Shown: positions 1 through 9,184 of the stretch, piece after piece
Layout of the letters: every line of letters begins with the position of its first letter
How positions within the stretch are numbered: position 1 is the first letter of the stretch
Sequence record: SRR20825006_1547
Length of the DNA stretch: 55,558 nucleotides
Direction: 5' to 3' (one strand)
The notes under the pieces: model-generated
Seen by the model: only the letters and a program-made list of their open reading frames with translations
Databases searched by the model: none
Told to the model about the DNA's origin: nothing
Position numbers and translations under genes: made by a program

Positions 1-147
1 GGCGTGATCTTCAAAACTACTATCCATAAAAAAATGCCTCGGAATTTTTCTAATAGCATCTAAAACAGCGGTGTTAGAAACACCTTTTTTTTCTACAATT
101 TGTGCAAGCAATCTACGCTTCCCTTGGTGACGAGTAGTATCCTTCAT
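1..147 (-). CDS. pcm: protein-L-isoaspartate O-methyltransferase, 5' part (runs off window)
   Basis: Manual translation from ATG at 147: MKDTTRHQGKRRLLAQIVEKKGVSNTAVLDAIRKIPRHFFMDSSFEDHA; the VL.AI.K.PRH.F motif is typical of the Pcm N-terminus. Confidence 0.85.
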   Translation of the reverse strand, partial: MKDTTRHQGKRRLLAQIVEKKGVSNTAVLDAIRKIPRHFFMDSSFEDHA

Positions 148-342
148 ACCGCTAAAATACGTAAACCACAAGCCCACTTCCTAGACAAAAACCAGCATTT
201 TTTCAACAACAGGTAGAATGGCAAAATTCTGCTTAAGAAAACCTATTTTTGTAGAAGGTCTCAATAAGATTATACTATTTACGTTGACCTTATATTCTAT
301 AAATCGATCCTTCTTAATTAAAAAGGAAAAACAAAATATACT

Positions 343-1302
343 ATGCTTAAAGCAGGCGTACTAGGTGCGGGACACTTGGGAAAAATTCATCTTAAACTTT
401 TAAATCAGTCAGAACGTTACGAACTTGTAGGGTTTTACGATGAATCTGAAACTACCGCAAAAGCTGTTGCTGAAGAATTTGGCTATCACCGTTTTGACAG
501 TATTGCGCAGCTAATTGATGCTTGCGATATAGTTGATGTGGTGACGCCAACAACGCATCATTTTGATTGCGCAGAACAAGTCATAAAAGCCGGTAAGCAT
601 CTCTTTATAGAAAAACCTATTGCTCAAACAGTTGAGCAAGCGGTGGCCATTCGTGAGCTTGCCAAAAAACACGGCGTTCGTGGTCAGGTAGGTCACGTAG
701 AACGTTTCAATCCGGCGTTTACGGCAGTAAATCATCTTATTGAAAACCCGATGTTTATCGAGGCGCATCGCTTAGCCGAATTCAATCCAAGAGGTACTGA
801 TGTGCCGGTGGTTTTGGATTTGATGATTCACGATATTGATGCCATTTTAAGTGTGGTGAAAAGTGAGGTGAAACACATTTCTGCCTCGGGGGTTGCAGTA
901 ATAAGCGATACACCTGATATTGCTAATGCCCGTATTGAATTTGCAAACGGATGCGTTGCTAATCTTACTGCCAGCCGCATTTCGATGAAAAAAATGCGTA
1001 AGGCACGTTTCTTTCAAAAAGATGCATATATCTCTGTAGACTTTCTAGAGAAGAAATGCGAAGTGGTACGTATGAAAGATGCGCCTGAACAGGCAGATGA
1101 CTTTGCAATGATTCTTCAGAATGCTGAAGGAGTAAAAAAACAAATCTATTTTGACAATCCTGAGGTGGAAGAGAATAATGCTATTTTAGACGAATTAGAA
1201 GCTTTTGCCGATGCTATTGAGCAAAATACCACACCTATTGTGAGCTTAGCAAATGGCACCGAAGCCTTAAGCATAGCCATGAAAATTATTGCTGATCTAT
1301 AA
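343..1302 (+). CDS. Gfo/Idh/MocA family oxidoreductase
   Basis: GAGHLG Rossmann motif, EKP motif, GHVERFNP, DLMIHDID. Confidence 0.9.
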   Translation: MLKAGVLGAGHLGKIHLKLLNQSERYELVGFYDESETTAKAVAEEFGYHRFDSIAQLIDACDIVDVVTPTTHHFDCAEQVIKAGKHLFIEKPIAQTVEQAVAIRELAKKHGVRGQVGHVERFNPAFTAVNHLIENPMFIEAHRLAEFNPRGTDVPVVLDLMIHDIDAILSVVKSEVKHISASGVAVISDTPDIANARIEFANGCVANLTASRISMKKMRKARFFQKDAYISVDFLEKKCEVVRMKDAPEQADDFAMILQNAEGVKKQIYFDNPEVEENNAILDELEAFADAIEQNTTPIVSLANGTEALSIAMKIIADL

Positions 1303-1326
1303 TATTCTGAAAAGAACTTTAAGCCT

Positions 1327-2052
1327 ATGTTAGCAATTCTGAAAAAAGAATTCCATTCATTTTTCGCTTCTCCTGTTGGCTATTTAGTAATAGGACTATT
1401 CTTAATCCTAAACGGTCTTTTTCTGTGGGTTTTTGATAATGACTTTAATCTTTTTGATTACGGTTTTGCCGACTTAACGCCCTTTTTTCAGCTCGTACCT
1501 TGGATTTTTATTTTTCTAATTCCGGCGGTTACTATGCGTAGTTTTAGTGACGAACTACGTTTGGGGACTTTAGAGTTACTTCTTACCAGACCCATTACTA
1601 CCCTGCAGCTTGTTTTGGGTAAGTTTTTTGGTGCACTGCTGCTCTTGATTTTGGCTTTAATTCCCACTCTTGTATATGTTTATGCCATTGATCAACTAGG
1701 TAATCCTCAGGGTAATTATGATCAAGGTGTTTTAATAGGTTCGTACTTGGGGCTTCTCTTTTTAGCTGCTACATATACTGCCATCGGCGTTTTTGCATCT
1801 ACGCTCTCTGAGAATCAAATTGTCGCTTTTTTAATTGCTGCGCTTTTATGCTTTCTATTTTACTTTGGGTTCAATGGAATTGCAGATACGCTGAGTTTCG
1901 AAATTTTGAAAACCTTCAGTCTTCAAATGCACTTCGAAAGCATTGGCCGCGGAGTAATAGACAGTAGAGATCTTATTTATTTTTTGAGCATAACCTCTGT
2001 TTTCCTTGGGCTCACTGTTTTAAAACTTGAATCTAAATCTGTGAAGGGATGA
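1327..2052 (+). CDS. gldF: gliding motility ABC transporter permease GldF
   Basis: ABC-2 permease (TMRSFSDE..GTLELLLTRP) directly upstream of gldG. Confidence 0.9.
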   Translation: MLAILKKEFHSFFASPVGYLVIGLFLILNGLFLWVFDNDFNLFDYGFADLTPFFQLVPWIFIFLIPAVTMRSFSDELRLGTLELLLTRPITTLQLVLGKFFGALLLLILALIPTLVYVYAIDQLGNPQGNYDQGVLIGSYLGLLFLAATYTAIGVFASTLSENQIVAFLIAALLCFLFYFGFNGIADTLSFEILKTFSLQMHFESIGRGVIDSRDLIYFLSITSVFLGLTVLKLESKSVKG

Positions 2053-3728
2053 TCAAGTCAAACTCAAAATATTTATTTTTTGCAGCGATCGTTCTGATCG
2101 TACTCATTTTATCTCAGTCCTTTAATTTCAGGCTTGATTTAACAGCTGATGGTCGTTATACGCTATCTGAAACTTCAAAAAATATCATTGCTAAAGCACA
2201 GGATCAGGTAGTTGTTGACGTTTTTCTTTCAGGAAATGTGCCTGATGCTTTTCAAAAATTACAAATTGAAACCCGCCAACTGCTTGAGGAATATGCTTCT
2301 CACAATGCAAACATCAAATTTGCCTTTGTAAATCCTGTTCCCGACGGAGTTTCCCCAGAGCAAATCGCTCAGGATTTTAACAATCGCGGAATGCGCCCAG
2401 AGCAGGTACAGCTTAGAGATAATGGAAAAGTAAGTCAGGAGTTTATATTTCCTTGGGCTTTGGTCTCATACAAAGGTAAAAGTATTCCTGTTCCGCTTTT
2501 GAAGAAAAGCCTGGGAGCTGCACCAGATCAACTCGTAAGCAAATCGGTTCAAAACCTGGAATATGCATTTTCTAACGGATTCTATAAAGCGCTCAACCCA
2601 AAAAGTAAGCGTATTGCCGTTTTAAAAGGAAACGGCGAACTTGATGATAAATACATTGCCGACTTTTTTAAGACGCTTAGAGAACGGTATTTTATTGCGC
2701 CTTTCCCTTTAGATTCTATCGCGCAAACCCCGGATACTGTACTTACTGCGCTGAATAAATTTGATCTTGTAGTTGCTGCAAAACCAACTAAGGCTTTTAG
2801 TGATGCCGAAAAGTATGCGTTAGATCAATTTATTATGCACGGCGGAAAATCATTATTTCTGCTCGATCAAGTAGCGATGGAGACTGACAGTTTGTATCTG
2901 CGTGATGGTATGGCGCTGGCAACCGCAAGACAACTTAATCTAGATGATTTTTTCTTTAAGTACGGCTTACGCATCAATCCTGTTTTGATTGAAGATCTCT
3001 ACGCTGCACCACTGGTATTGGCGAGTGGAGAAGCCGCAAATTCACAATATACGCAACTCCCCTGGTTCTATTATCCGCTAGTGACCCCCACTGAGAATCA
3101 TCCTATAAACACCAATATTGATAATCCCATTGCATTTGAATACGCAAATCAAATTGATTTATTAAATACAGATTTACAACAAACCGTATTGCTTCAAAGC
3201 TCTGTACTTTCTAAAGTAAATGGAGTGCCTGCACCGGTAAGTCTAGAATCTATTACCACTGAACCCAGCCCCGAACAATATGCCGCAGGAGCACAAAATC
3301 TGGCGGTTTTAGTTGAAGGAAAATTTACTTCGGCGTTTAAAAATAGAATTCTTCCGTTAGAAAATCTGAGGGAACCCTTTCGCGAAAGCGCAATAAAAAA
3401 CACTGCAATGATCGTGGTTGCTGATGGTGATCTTATTAAAAATGATCTGGATCAAAACGGCAGACCTTTAGAATTAGGATTTGACAAATTCACATTTAAA
3501 GAGTACGGAAATAAAGAATTTTTACTCAATGCTGTCAATTACCTTCTTGACGATAATGGTCTTATTAACATTAGAAGCAAGAGTATAAATCTTCCTGCAC
3601 TTGATATTCAAAAAATATCAAATGACCGCGCCACTTGGCAAGCCTTGACAATAGGGCTTCCGCTAGTGTTTCTCGCTGTGTTTGCTCTAATTTATACAGC
3701 GCTGAGACGGCGTAAATATCGGGCCTAA
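2049..3728 (+). CDS. gldG: gliding motility ABC transporter auxiliary component GldG
   Basis: RLDLT..RYTLS N-terminus, LDQFIM.GG, GNKEFLLNAVNYL, C-terminal TM helix; overlaps gldF by 4 nt. Confidence 0.9.
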   Translation: MIKSNSKYLFFAAIVLIVLILSQSFNFRLDLTADGRYTLSETSKNIIAKAQDQVVVDVFLSGNVPDAFQKLQIETRQLLEEYASHNANIKFAFVNPVPDGVSPEQIAQDFNNRGMRPEQVQLRDNGKVSQEFIFPWALVSYKGKSIPVPLLKKSLGAAPDQLVSKSVQNLEYAFSNGFYKALNPKSKRIAVLKGNGELDDKYIADFFKTLRERYFIAPFPLDSIAQTPDTVLTALNKFDLVVAAKPTKAFSDAEKYALDQFIMHGGKSLFLLDQVAMETDSLYLRDGMALATARQLNLDDFFFKYGLRINPVLIEDLYAAPLVLASGEAANSQYTQLPWFYYPLVTPTENHPINTNIDNPIAFEYANQIDLLNTDLQQTVLLQSSVLSKVNGVPAPVSLESITTEPSPEQYAAGAQNLAVLVEGKFTSAFKNRILPLENLREPFRESAIKNTAMIVVADGDLIKNDLDQNGRPLELGFDKFTFKEYGNKEFLLNAVNYLLDDNGLINIRSKSINLPALDIQKISNDRATWQALTIGLPLVFLAVFALIYTALRRRKYRA

Positions 3729-3767
3729 GTGTTAATAAGTTTGTTTCGGCAAAAACGGCTATTACGA

Positions 3768-3775
3768 TATCTTTG
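3768..3775 (+). promoter_or_regulatory. Bacteroidota sigma-A -7 element (TATCTTTG) for dnaN
   Basis: Matches TAnnTTTG about 90 nt upstream of dnaN. Confidence 0.6.
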
Positions 3776-3866
3776 TGAGGCTGTGTGACAGCTAAAAAAT
3801 AAAATTGTCAACCCATTTGAATTCTAGTTTTGACCTCGTGTCAAAGAGCATAAACAGCTTTTTCTT

Positions 3867-4985
3867 ATGAAATTTATTGTATCAAGTTCTTACCTTTTAA
3901 AGCAATTACAGGTTTTAGGCGGGGTAATCAATAACAGTAACACGCTTCCTATTTTAGATAACTTTTTGTTTGAATTAGAAGAAAGCACTTTAAAAGTTTC
4001 GGCTTCTGATTTAGAAACTACAATGATCGCAACCCTAGAGGTTGAGTCTGATGATAGCGGAAGTATTGCAGTACCGGCACGTTTACTGCTCGATACATTA
4101 AAGACCTTTCCAGAACAACCGCTTACGTTTGTTGCAGGTGATAATAACACGATAGAAATTAGTTCTAATCACGGTAAGTATGCGCTGGCCTATGCCTCTG
4201 GAGAAGAGTTCCCTAATGCCGTAGAATTAGATGATCCTAGCAAAGTTAGCATTCCTGCAGGAGTGCTTGCAACCGCTGTAAGCAATACTATTTTTGCTAC
4301 AGGAAATGACGACCTTAGACCGGTAATGAGCGGTGTTTTCTTTCAGTTTGATACCGAAGGATTAACTTTTGTAGCAACAGATGCGCACAAACTGGTTAAA
4401 TACGGTCGTACTGATGTACAGGCCAATCAAACCGCTGAATTCATCATGCCTAAAAAACCTTTAAATCTTTTAAAAGGAATTTTAGCATCAAGTGATGATG
4501 ACATCAGTGTTGAGTACAACGACTCAAATGCAAAATTTAGCTTTGACAATGTGCAGCTACTTTGCCGCTTGATCGATGGAAAATATCCAAATTATGAGGC
4601 GGTAATTCCTAAGGAGAATCCTAATAAACTCGTGATTGATCGTAACCAGTTTTTAAACTCAGTACGTAGGGTATCTATTTTCTCAAATAAAACTACACAT
4701 CAAATCCGTTTAAAGATCGCGGGAGCAGAACTTAATATTTCTGCGGAAGATGTTGACTATAGCAATAAAGCCGAAGAGCGTTTAACCTGTGATTATCAAG
4801 GAGATGATATGCAAATAGGTTTCAACAGTAGATTTCTGGTAGAAATGCTTAATAATTTAAATGCCAACGATGTTTCCTTAGAAATGTCGTTACCTAACCG
4901 CGCCGGAATTTTAACTCCGGTTGATGGTCTAGATGAAGGTGAAAAAGTAACGATGCTGGTGATGCCGGTTATGCTTAATAATTAA
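3867..4985 (+). CDS. dnaN: DNA polymerase III beta clamp
   Basis: LPILDNFL, ASDLE, VATDAHKL, LIDGKYPNY, C-terminal LVMPV. Confidence 0.98.
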   Translation: MKFIVSSSYLLKQLQVLGGVINNSNTLPILDNFLFELEESTLKVSASDLETTMIATLEVESDDSGSIAVPARLLLDTLKTFPEQPLTFVAGDNNTIEISSNHGKYALAYASGEEFPNAVELDDPSKVSIPAGVLATAVSNTIFATGNDDLRPVMSGVFFQFDTEGLTFVATDAHKLVKYGRTDVQANQTAEFIMPKKPLNLLKGILASSDDDISVEYNDSNAKFSFDNVQLLCRLIDGKYPNYEAVIPKENPNKLVIDRNQFLNSVRRVSIFSNKTTHQIRLKIAGAELNISAEDVDYSNKAEERLTCDYQGDDMQIGFNSRFLVEMLNNLNANDVSLEMSLPNRAGILTPVDGLDEGEKVTMLVMPVMLNN

Positions 4986-5020
4986 GAGTAAGAAGGATAA
5001 GTAAGTACCTTTTATTTTAG

Positions 5021-5056
5021 AAGCGTTCTTGTGAGCAATTACAAGAGCGCTTTGTT
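5021..5056 (+). terminator. intrinsic terminator after dnaN
   Basis: AAGCGTTCTTGT/ACAAGAGCGCTT stem followed by a T-rich tract. Confidence 0.7.
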
Positions 5057-5167
5057 ATTTTATAAAAAACTGAAAAACAATAGATTATTGTTTTATTAAA
5101 AATTTCGCACTACATTTAAATACCCTTTGATCTCCTAGCAAATCCCCGATAATTAAATTCTTATACT

Positions 5168-5767
5168 ATGAGAAGAGATTTTTTATCTGGTTTAGCTTTA
5201 GGTATTTTGGTAGGTCTCATTATCGGGCTATCTATTGCACAAGTTACGGGCATTATTTTAGGAGCACTTACATCTCTTTTAGCAGCTTTCTTTGGCTTAC
5301 GCCCCGACAAGGAAGGTGAAAGTGGCAATAAAATAATTATTGGCAGCTTTAGTCTAGGGTGTTTTACCGCTTTACTTTTGGGCATTTTCTTACGTACGCA
5401 CGACGTTCTGGCACCTTCCCTTCAAAATGAGATCGCCCTTTATAAATCGGTTAATTTTTCAGATGAGGAAATAAAAGAACTGATTTACTTCAAACATTTC
5501 GGACTTGTTGCTAATCAAAAGCTGTCTTTTAATAAAGAAGCTGCAAACGCAAATGCGCTCAAAAGCACACTACTGATGGCTGATGAAAATGATCTAGCGC
5601 TTTGCGCAGTAGAGCTTGAAAATTTATCACTCAGAGAGATCGAAGAACTCTTTCTTGCTTCCGGCGGAAAGTTTCAAAGACTGTTTAACCAACTTCAACA
5701 AAATAGTATTGATAATAGCGAATTAAAATCTTCCGTACTTCTAATTAAGGAATTGCTATGCGAATAA
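5168..5767 (+). CDS. hypothetical membrane protein (3 N-terminal TM helices)
   Basis: 199-aa ORF with Gly/Leu-rich hydrophobic N-terminal segments; overlaps the next gene. Confidence 0.7.
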   Translation: MRRDFLSGLALGILVGLIIGLSIAQVTGIILGALTSLLAAFFGLRPDKEGESGNKIIIGSFSLGCFTALLLGIFLRTHDVLAPSLQNEIALYKSVNFSDEEIKELIYFKHFGLVANQKLSFNKEAANANALKSTLLMADENDLALCAVELENLSLREIEELFLASGGKFQRLFNQLQQNSIDNSELKSSVLLIKELLCE

Positions 5768-7107
5768 TACTACTACTCTTGAGCTTGTGCTGCTTAAGTT
5801 CCGTTGTGTTTGCCGGTGTTAAAGAAGAGATCAGCAAAACGATTGTGCGGGTAAAATCAGGCAATAAATATTCTACCGGATTTTTCTACGGAAATGGCAA
5901 TCAAATCATAGCTACTTTACATTCGATTGGTAACCCAGATCAGATTGAAGTTTTTATTCCTTCTGAAAAATCGTGGTGCTCAGTAAGATTAAGTAGAATT
6001 TCTAAAAAATCAGATTTGGTCTTACTTAATCTTTCAGAATGCACTTCCGCAAACTATTTAAAAACTGAAAACATTACCACATCTACTATTGATACTAAAG
6101 TGTTTACCGTAGGTTATTATGGAAGTAACGATAAATACCAAGATCGTGATTTCACTGTAGGTTTAATCGAAGGTAAACGCCTTAAAGACCTCTTAGAGCC
6201 GTCTGCAGAACAAGAGATCAGATCGCTTGGCTTTCCATCCCTAGATACCGAAATTGTTTATTTAAAAGGTCAGTTGCTACACGGATTTTCGGGTTCTCCC
6301 ATTGTTGACTACCGTGGAAAATTGATAGGAATTGCAGACGGAGGTTTAGAAAATGGCGCCGCCGGAATCAGTTGGTGCATTACAGCTTCCGCCTTAAACG
6401 ACCTCAAAACTGCAACCGATGCGTTTCCCAGATCTAGTCTCAAAAAGGTAAACACCCTCTTCGCTGAAGAAATTTCCCCGTCAAACGCCAAAACTGTGAG
6501 TAATGGGCGATTCTCATTTCAGCTGATAAAATCCCGAACTTTTAAAGAACTAGATGCTACGGGCAATTATACACAATACCCTGAGATGGGTATGTATCAG
6601 ATAATGCAAGCGCTTGATCAGGAAGGCATAGCCTATAACAATTTTAGTTTTGATATTTATCTCGAAGCCACAACCGGAGCCACAATAGCGCTCCCTAAAG
6701 GAATGGAATTAAAACAAGAAAACGGACTATTTTACGCCACTACATTTGATAATCAAGTTGTGATCTTAATCGCGTTATATGAAACCTATGACGTTATGCA
6801 AATGTCTTTAGAGTTTGAAAATATGTTACAAGCAGCTACTGGTGTTTACACGTGGCAACTAGATTCACGAATGTCTTTTCTGGTTCCTTATTACAGACCA
6901 GATAATGTGGTTATCAACAGAAAATCCTTTTTTAACTATCAACCTAATCGTTATCTCATAGAAGCGCTTGCCGCTAAAGAATATACATTTTTTGGAGTAG
7001 CTACGGTTTTTAAAGAATCCTTCGATTTTAATACTTATGAATTTACTGATCAAGATCTTGCTGCTCAATTTGTATTAGCGCTTCAGTTGACCACGTTCAC
7101 TAATTAA
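5758..7107 (+). CDS. secreted trypsin-like (S1) serine protease with unknown C-terminal domain
   Basis: Signal peptide; STGFF, TLH, SDLVLL and HGFSGSP give a H-D-S triad. Confidence 0.8.
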   Translation: MRIILLLLSLCCLSSVVFAGVKEEISKTIVRVKSGNKYSTGFFYGNGNQIIATLHSIGNPDQIEVFIPSEKSWCSVRLSRISKKSDLVLLNLSECTSANYLKTENITTSTIDTKVFTVGYYGSNDKYQDRDFTVGLIEGKRLKDLLEPSAEQEIRSLGFPSLDTEIVYLKGQLLHGFSGSPIVDYRGKLIGIADGGLENGAAGISWCITASALNDLKTATDAFPRSSLKKVNTLFAEEISPSNAKTVSNGRFSFQLIKSRTFKELDATGNYTQYPEMGMYQIMQALDQEGIAYNNFSFDIYLEATTGATIALPKGMELKQENGLFYATTFDNQVVILIALYETYDVMQMSLEFENMLQAATGVYTWQLDSRMSFLVPYYRPDNVVINRKSFFNYQPNRYLIEALAAKEYTFFGVATVFKESFDFNTYEFTDQDLAAQFVLALQLTTFTN

Positions 7108-7109
7108 AA

Positions 7110-7132
7110 AGGCTCAACGTTCTGTTGAGCCT
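7110..7132. terminator. terminator hairpin between convergent genes
   Basis: AGGCTCAAC-GTTCT-GTTGAGCCT perfect 9-bp stem. Confidence 0.7.
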
Positions 7133-7156
7133 CATATTTTTACTTCTGTAAAAGCA

Positions 7157-7597
7157 TTATTCAAAGGTGTAATACAATCCTGGACCGTCACAACTTTGCC
7201 AAGAACTCTGCACACTATCTGAGGTGGTATACATAAGTAATTCTACTGTATCTCCAGTACAATTACCTACCAACTCACCATCTGAATCGTGAGTAAATTG
7301 TAGATATTTATCACTGTTGATCATTACAATATCAAATGTACCTTCAGATTTTAAAGTTTGTCCATCACGCTCTCTAACCTTTGTAAAATGCATTTCAGGG
7401 CCTAAAATATAGTATTCCTGCCACGCCATTTCGGCTCCCGTGGTTTCAGAATTTCGAATCTGTCCGCTCATTTTAACTAAGTTAAGTCGTACCGTTGCGG
7501 TTTCTTGAACAAGATTAGTTGTTGCAGTGTTATTATCATCAGTACATGAGCTCAAACTCAATAGCATAAAACTGAAGAAAAGTAATCTAAACATCAT
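7157..7597 (-). CDS. hypothetical lipoprotein (possibly lipocalin-like)
   Basis: Lipobox LSSC; beta-rich 146-aa protein. Confidence 0.7.
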   Translation of the reverse strand: MMFRLLFFSFMLLSLSSCTDDNNTATTNLVQETATVRLNLVKMSGQIRNSETTGAEMAWQEYYILGPEMHFTKVRERDGQTLKSEGTFDIVMINSDKYLQFTHDSDGELVGNCTGDTVELLMYTTSDSVQSSWQSCDGPGLYYTFE

Positions 7598-7652
7598 GGA
7601 GAGTATTTTCTTTTAAGATGCTAAGAACTTAAAAAGGTTGCGTTTAGTATAT

Positions 7653-7686
7653 AAAAAAAGCCTGAAGATTAATAACCTTCAGGCTT
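7653..7686 (-). terminator. intrinsic terminator after gltD
   Basis: AAGCCTGAAG/CTTCAGGCTT stem with a poly-T tract on the minus strand. Confidence 0.8.
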
Positions 7687-7710
7687 ACAGTAAATTAAGT
7701 TTAAAAATAA

Positions 7711-9177
7711 TTATACTCTTGGTAAATCACCATCTCCTTTTAACGGTAAATCAGAACTTCCCATAAGATATGTATCTACGTGATGGGCTGCTTGTCTTCC
7801 TTCTGAGATGGCCCAAACAATAAGCGATTGTCCTCGTCTAGAGTCTCCCGCCGCAAACACTCCGGGCACATTAGTCATATAATTATCTATTGAAGCTTCG
7901 ATATTTGTTCGCGCATCCATTTTAATGCCCAATTGCTCAGCAACTGTAGGTTCACTACCTGTAAATCCTAAAGCAAGAAATACCATATCAGCTTTCCATT
8001 CTTTTTCGGTTCCCGGAACTTCTGAAAGCGTTGGTCGTTCTCCCGGTTTGTGCGTCCATTCTACTTCAGCAGTTACAAGACCTGTTAGGTTTCCATTTTC
8101 ATCACCTACAAATTTTTTAGTAGAAATTGAAAAGAAACGCTCTGCTCCTTCTTTATGAGAAGTACTTGTGCGCAGACGCATTGGCCAATAGGGCCAAGGC
8201 TGATTCTCAGGACGTTCAGGAGTTCCCTTACTCATAATTTCAAAGTTTTTCACGCTGGTTGCTCCGTGACGAATTGAGGTACCAATACAGTCACTTCCTG
8301 TATCACCACCACCTATTACGATCACGTCTTTACCGGTAGCTTTGATCTCTTCGCCCTTCCATTCTAAACCATCAACGCGACGGTTGTTTTGAGGCAAGAA
8401 ATCCATCGCTTGATAAATTCCTTTTAGATCAGATCCCGGAATGGGTAAATTACGTCTTACCGTTGCTCCGGTGGAAAGCACAACAGCATCAAAATCATTT
8501 TTCAATGCATCAGCATTAATATCCTTTCCTACGTGCACTCCACATTTAAAAACAATACCTTCTTCTTCTAAAATGGCCAATCTACGATCGATGACGTGCT
8601 TTTCCATTTTAAAATCAGGAATTCCATAGCGTAAAAGTCCGCCTGGTTTTTCGTCTCGCTCAAACACCGTTACTGAATGTCCGGCACGGTTTAACTGCTG
8701 TGCAGTAGCTAACCCTGCAGGTCCAGAACCAATAACTGCAACCGTTTTTCCTGTACGTTTTTCAGGTGCATTTGGCTTAACCCAACCATTTTTAAAAGCT
8801 TCTTCAGCTATATTTTTTTCGATATTTTCAATCGTGACAGGGTCTTCGTTGATCCCTAGTACACAAGCTTCTTCGCAAGGCGCAGGACATAATCTTCCTG
8901 TAAATTCAGGAAAATTATTAGTACCGTGTAAGATGGACGCGGCCTCTTCCCAGCGCTCGCGATAAACAGCATCGTTAAAATCTGGAATTAAATTACCAAG
9001 TGGACAACCACTATGGCAAAAGGGAATCCCACAATCCATACAACGTGCTCCCTGGTTTTTTATCTCTGGCTTATCAAGCGGAATGGTAAACTCCTCATAT
9101 TTCTGAATCCGTTCCTCAACAGGTTTGTACGGTTCATTTTTTCTATCATATTCTAAAAATCCGGTTACTTTTCCCAT
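7711..9177 (-). CDS. gltD: glutamate synthase small subunit
   Basis: RCMDCGIPFC..GCPLGN, GSGPAG, GGGDTGSDC, GQSLIVWAISEGR. Confidence 0.97.
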   Translation of the reverse strand: MGKVTGFLEYDRKNEPYKPVEERIQKYEEFTIPLDKPEIKNQGARCMDCGIPFCHSGCPLGNLIPDFNDAVYRERWEEAASILHGTNNFPEFTGRLCPAPCEEACVLGINEDPVTIENIEKNIAEEAFKNGWVKPNAPEKRTGKTVAVIGSGPAGLATAQQLNRAGHSVTVFERDEKPGGLLRYGIPDFKMEKHVIDRRLAILEEEGIVFKCGVHVGKDINADALKNDFDAVVLSTGATVRRNLPIPGSDLKGIYQAMDFLPQNNRRVDGLEWKGEEIKATGKDVIVIGGGDTGSDCIGTSIRHGATSVKNFEIMSKGTPERPENQPWPYWPMRLRTSTSHKEGAERFFSISTKKFVGDENGNLTGLVTAEVEWTHKPGERPTLSEVPGTEKEWKADMVFLALGFTGSEPTVAEQLGIKMDARTNIEASIDNYMTNVPGVFAAGDSRRGQSLIVWAISEGRQAAHHVDTYLMGSSDLPLKGDGDLPRV

Positions 9178-9184
9178 GATTCTA

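Noticed and set aside
3729-5167. Replication origin near dnaN
   Set aside because: No dnaA gene and no cluster of DnaA boxes; dnaN here follows gldG
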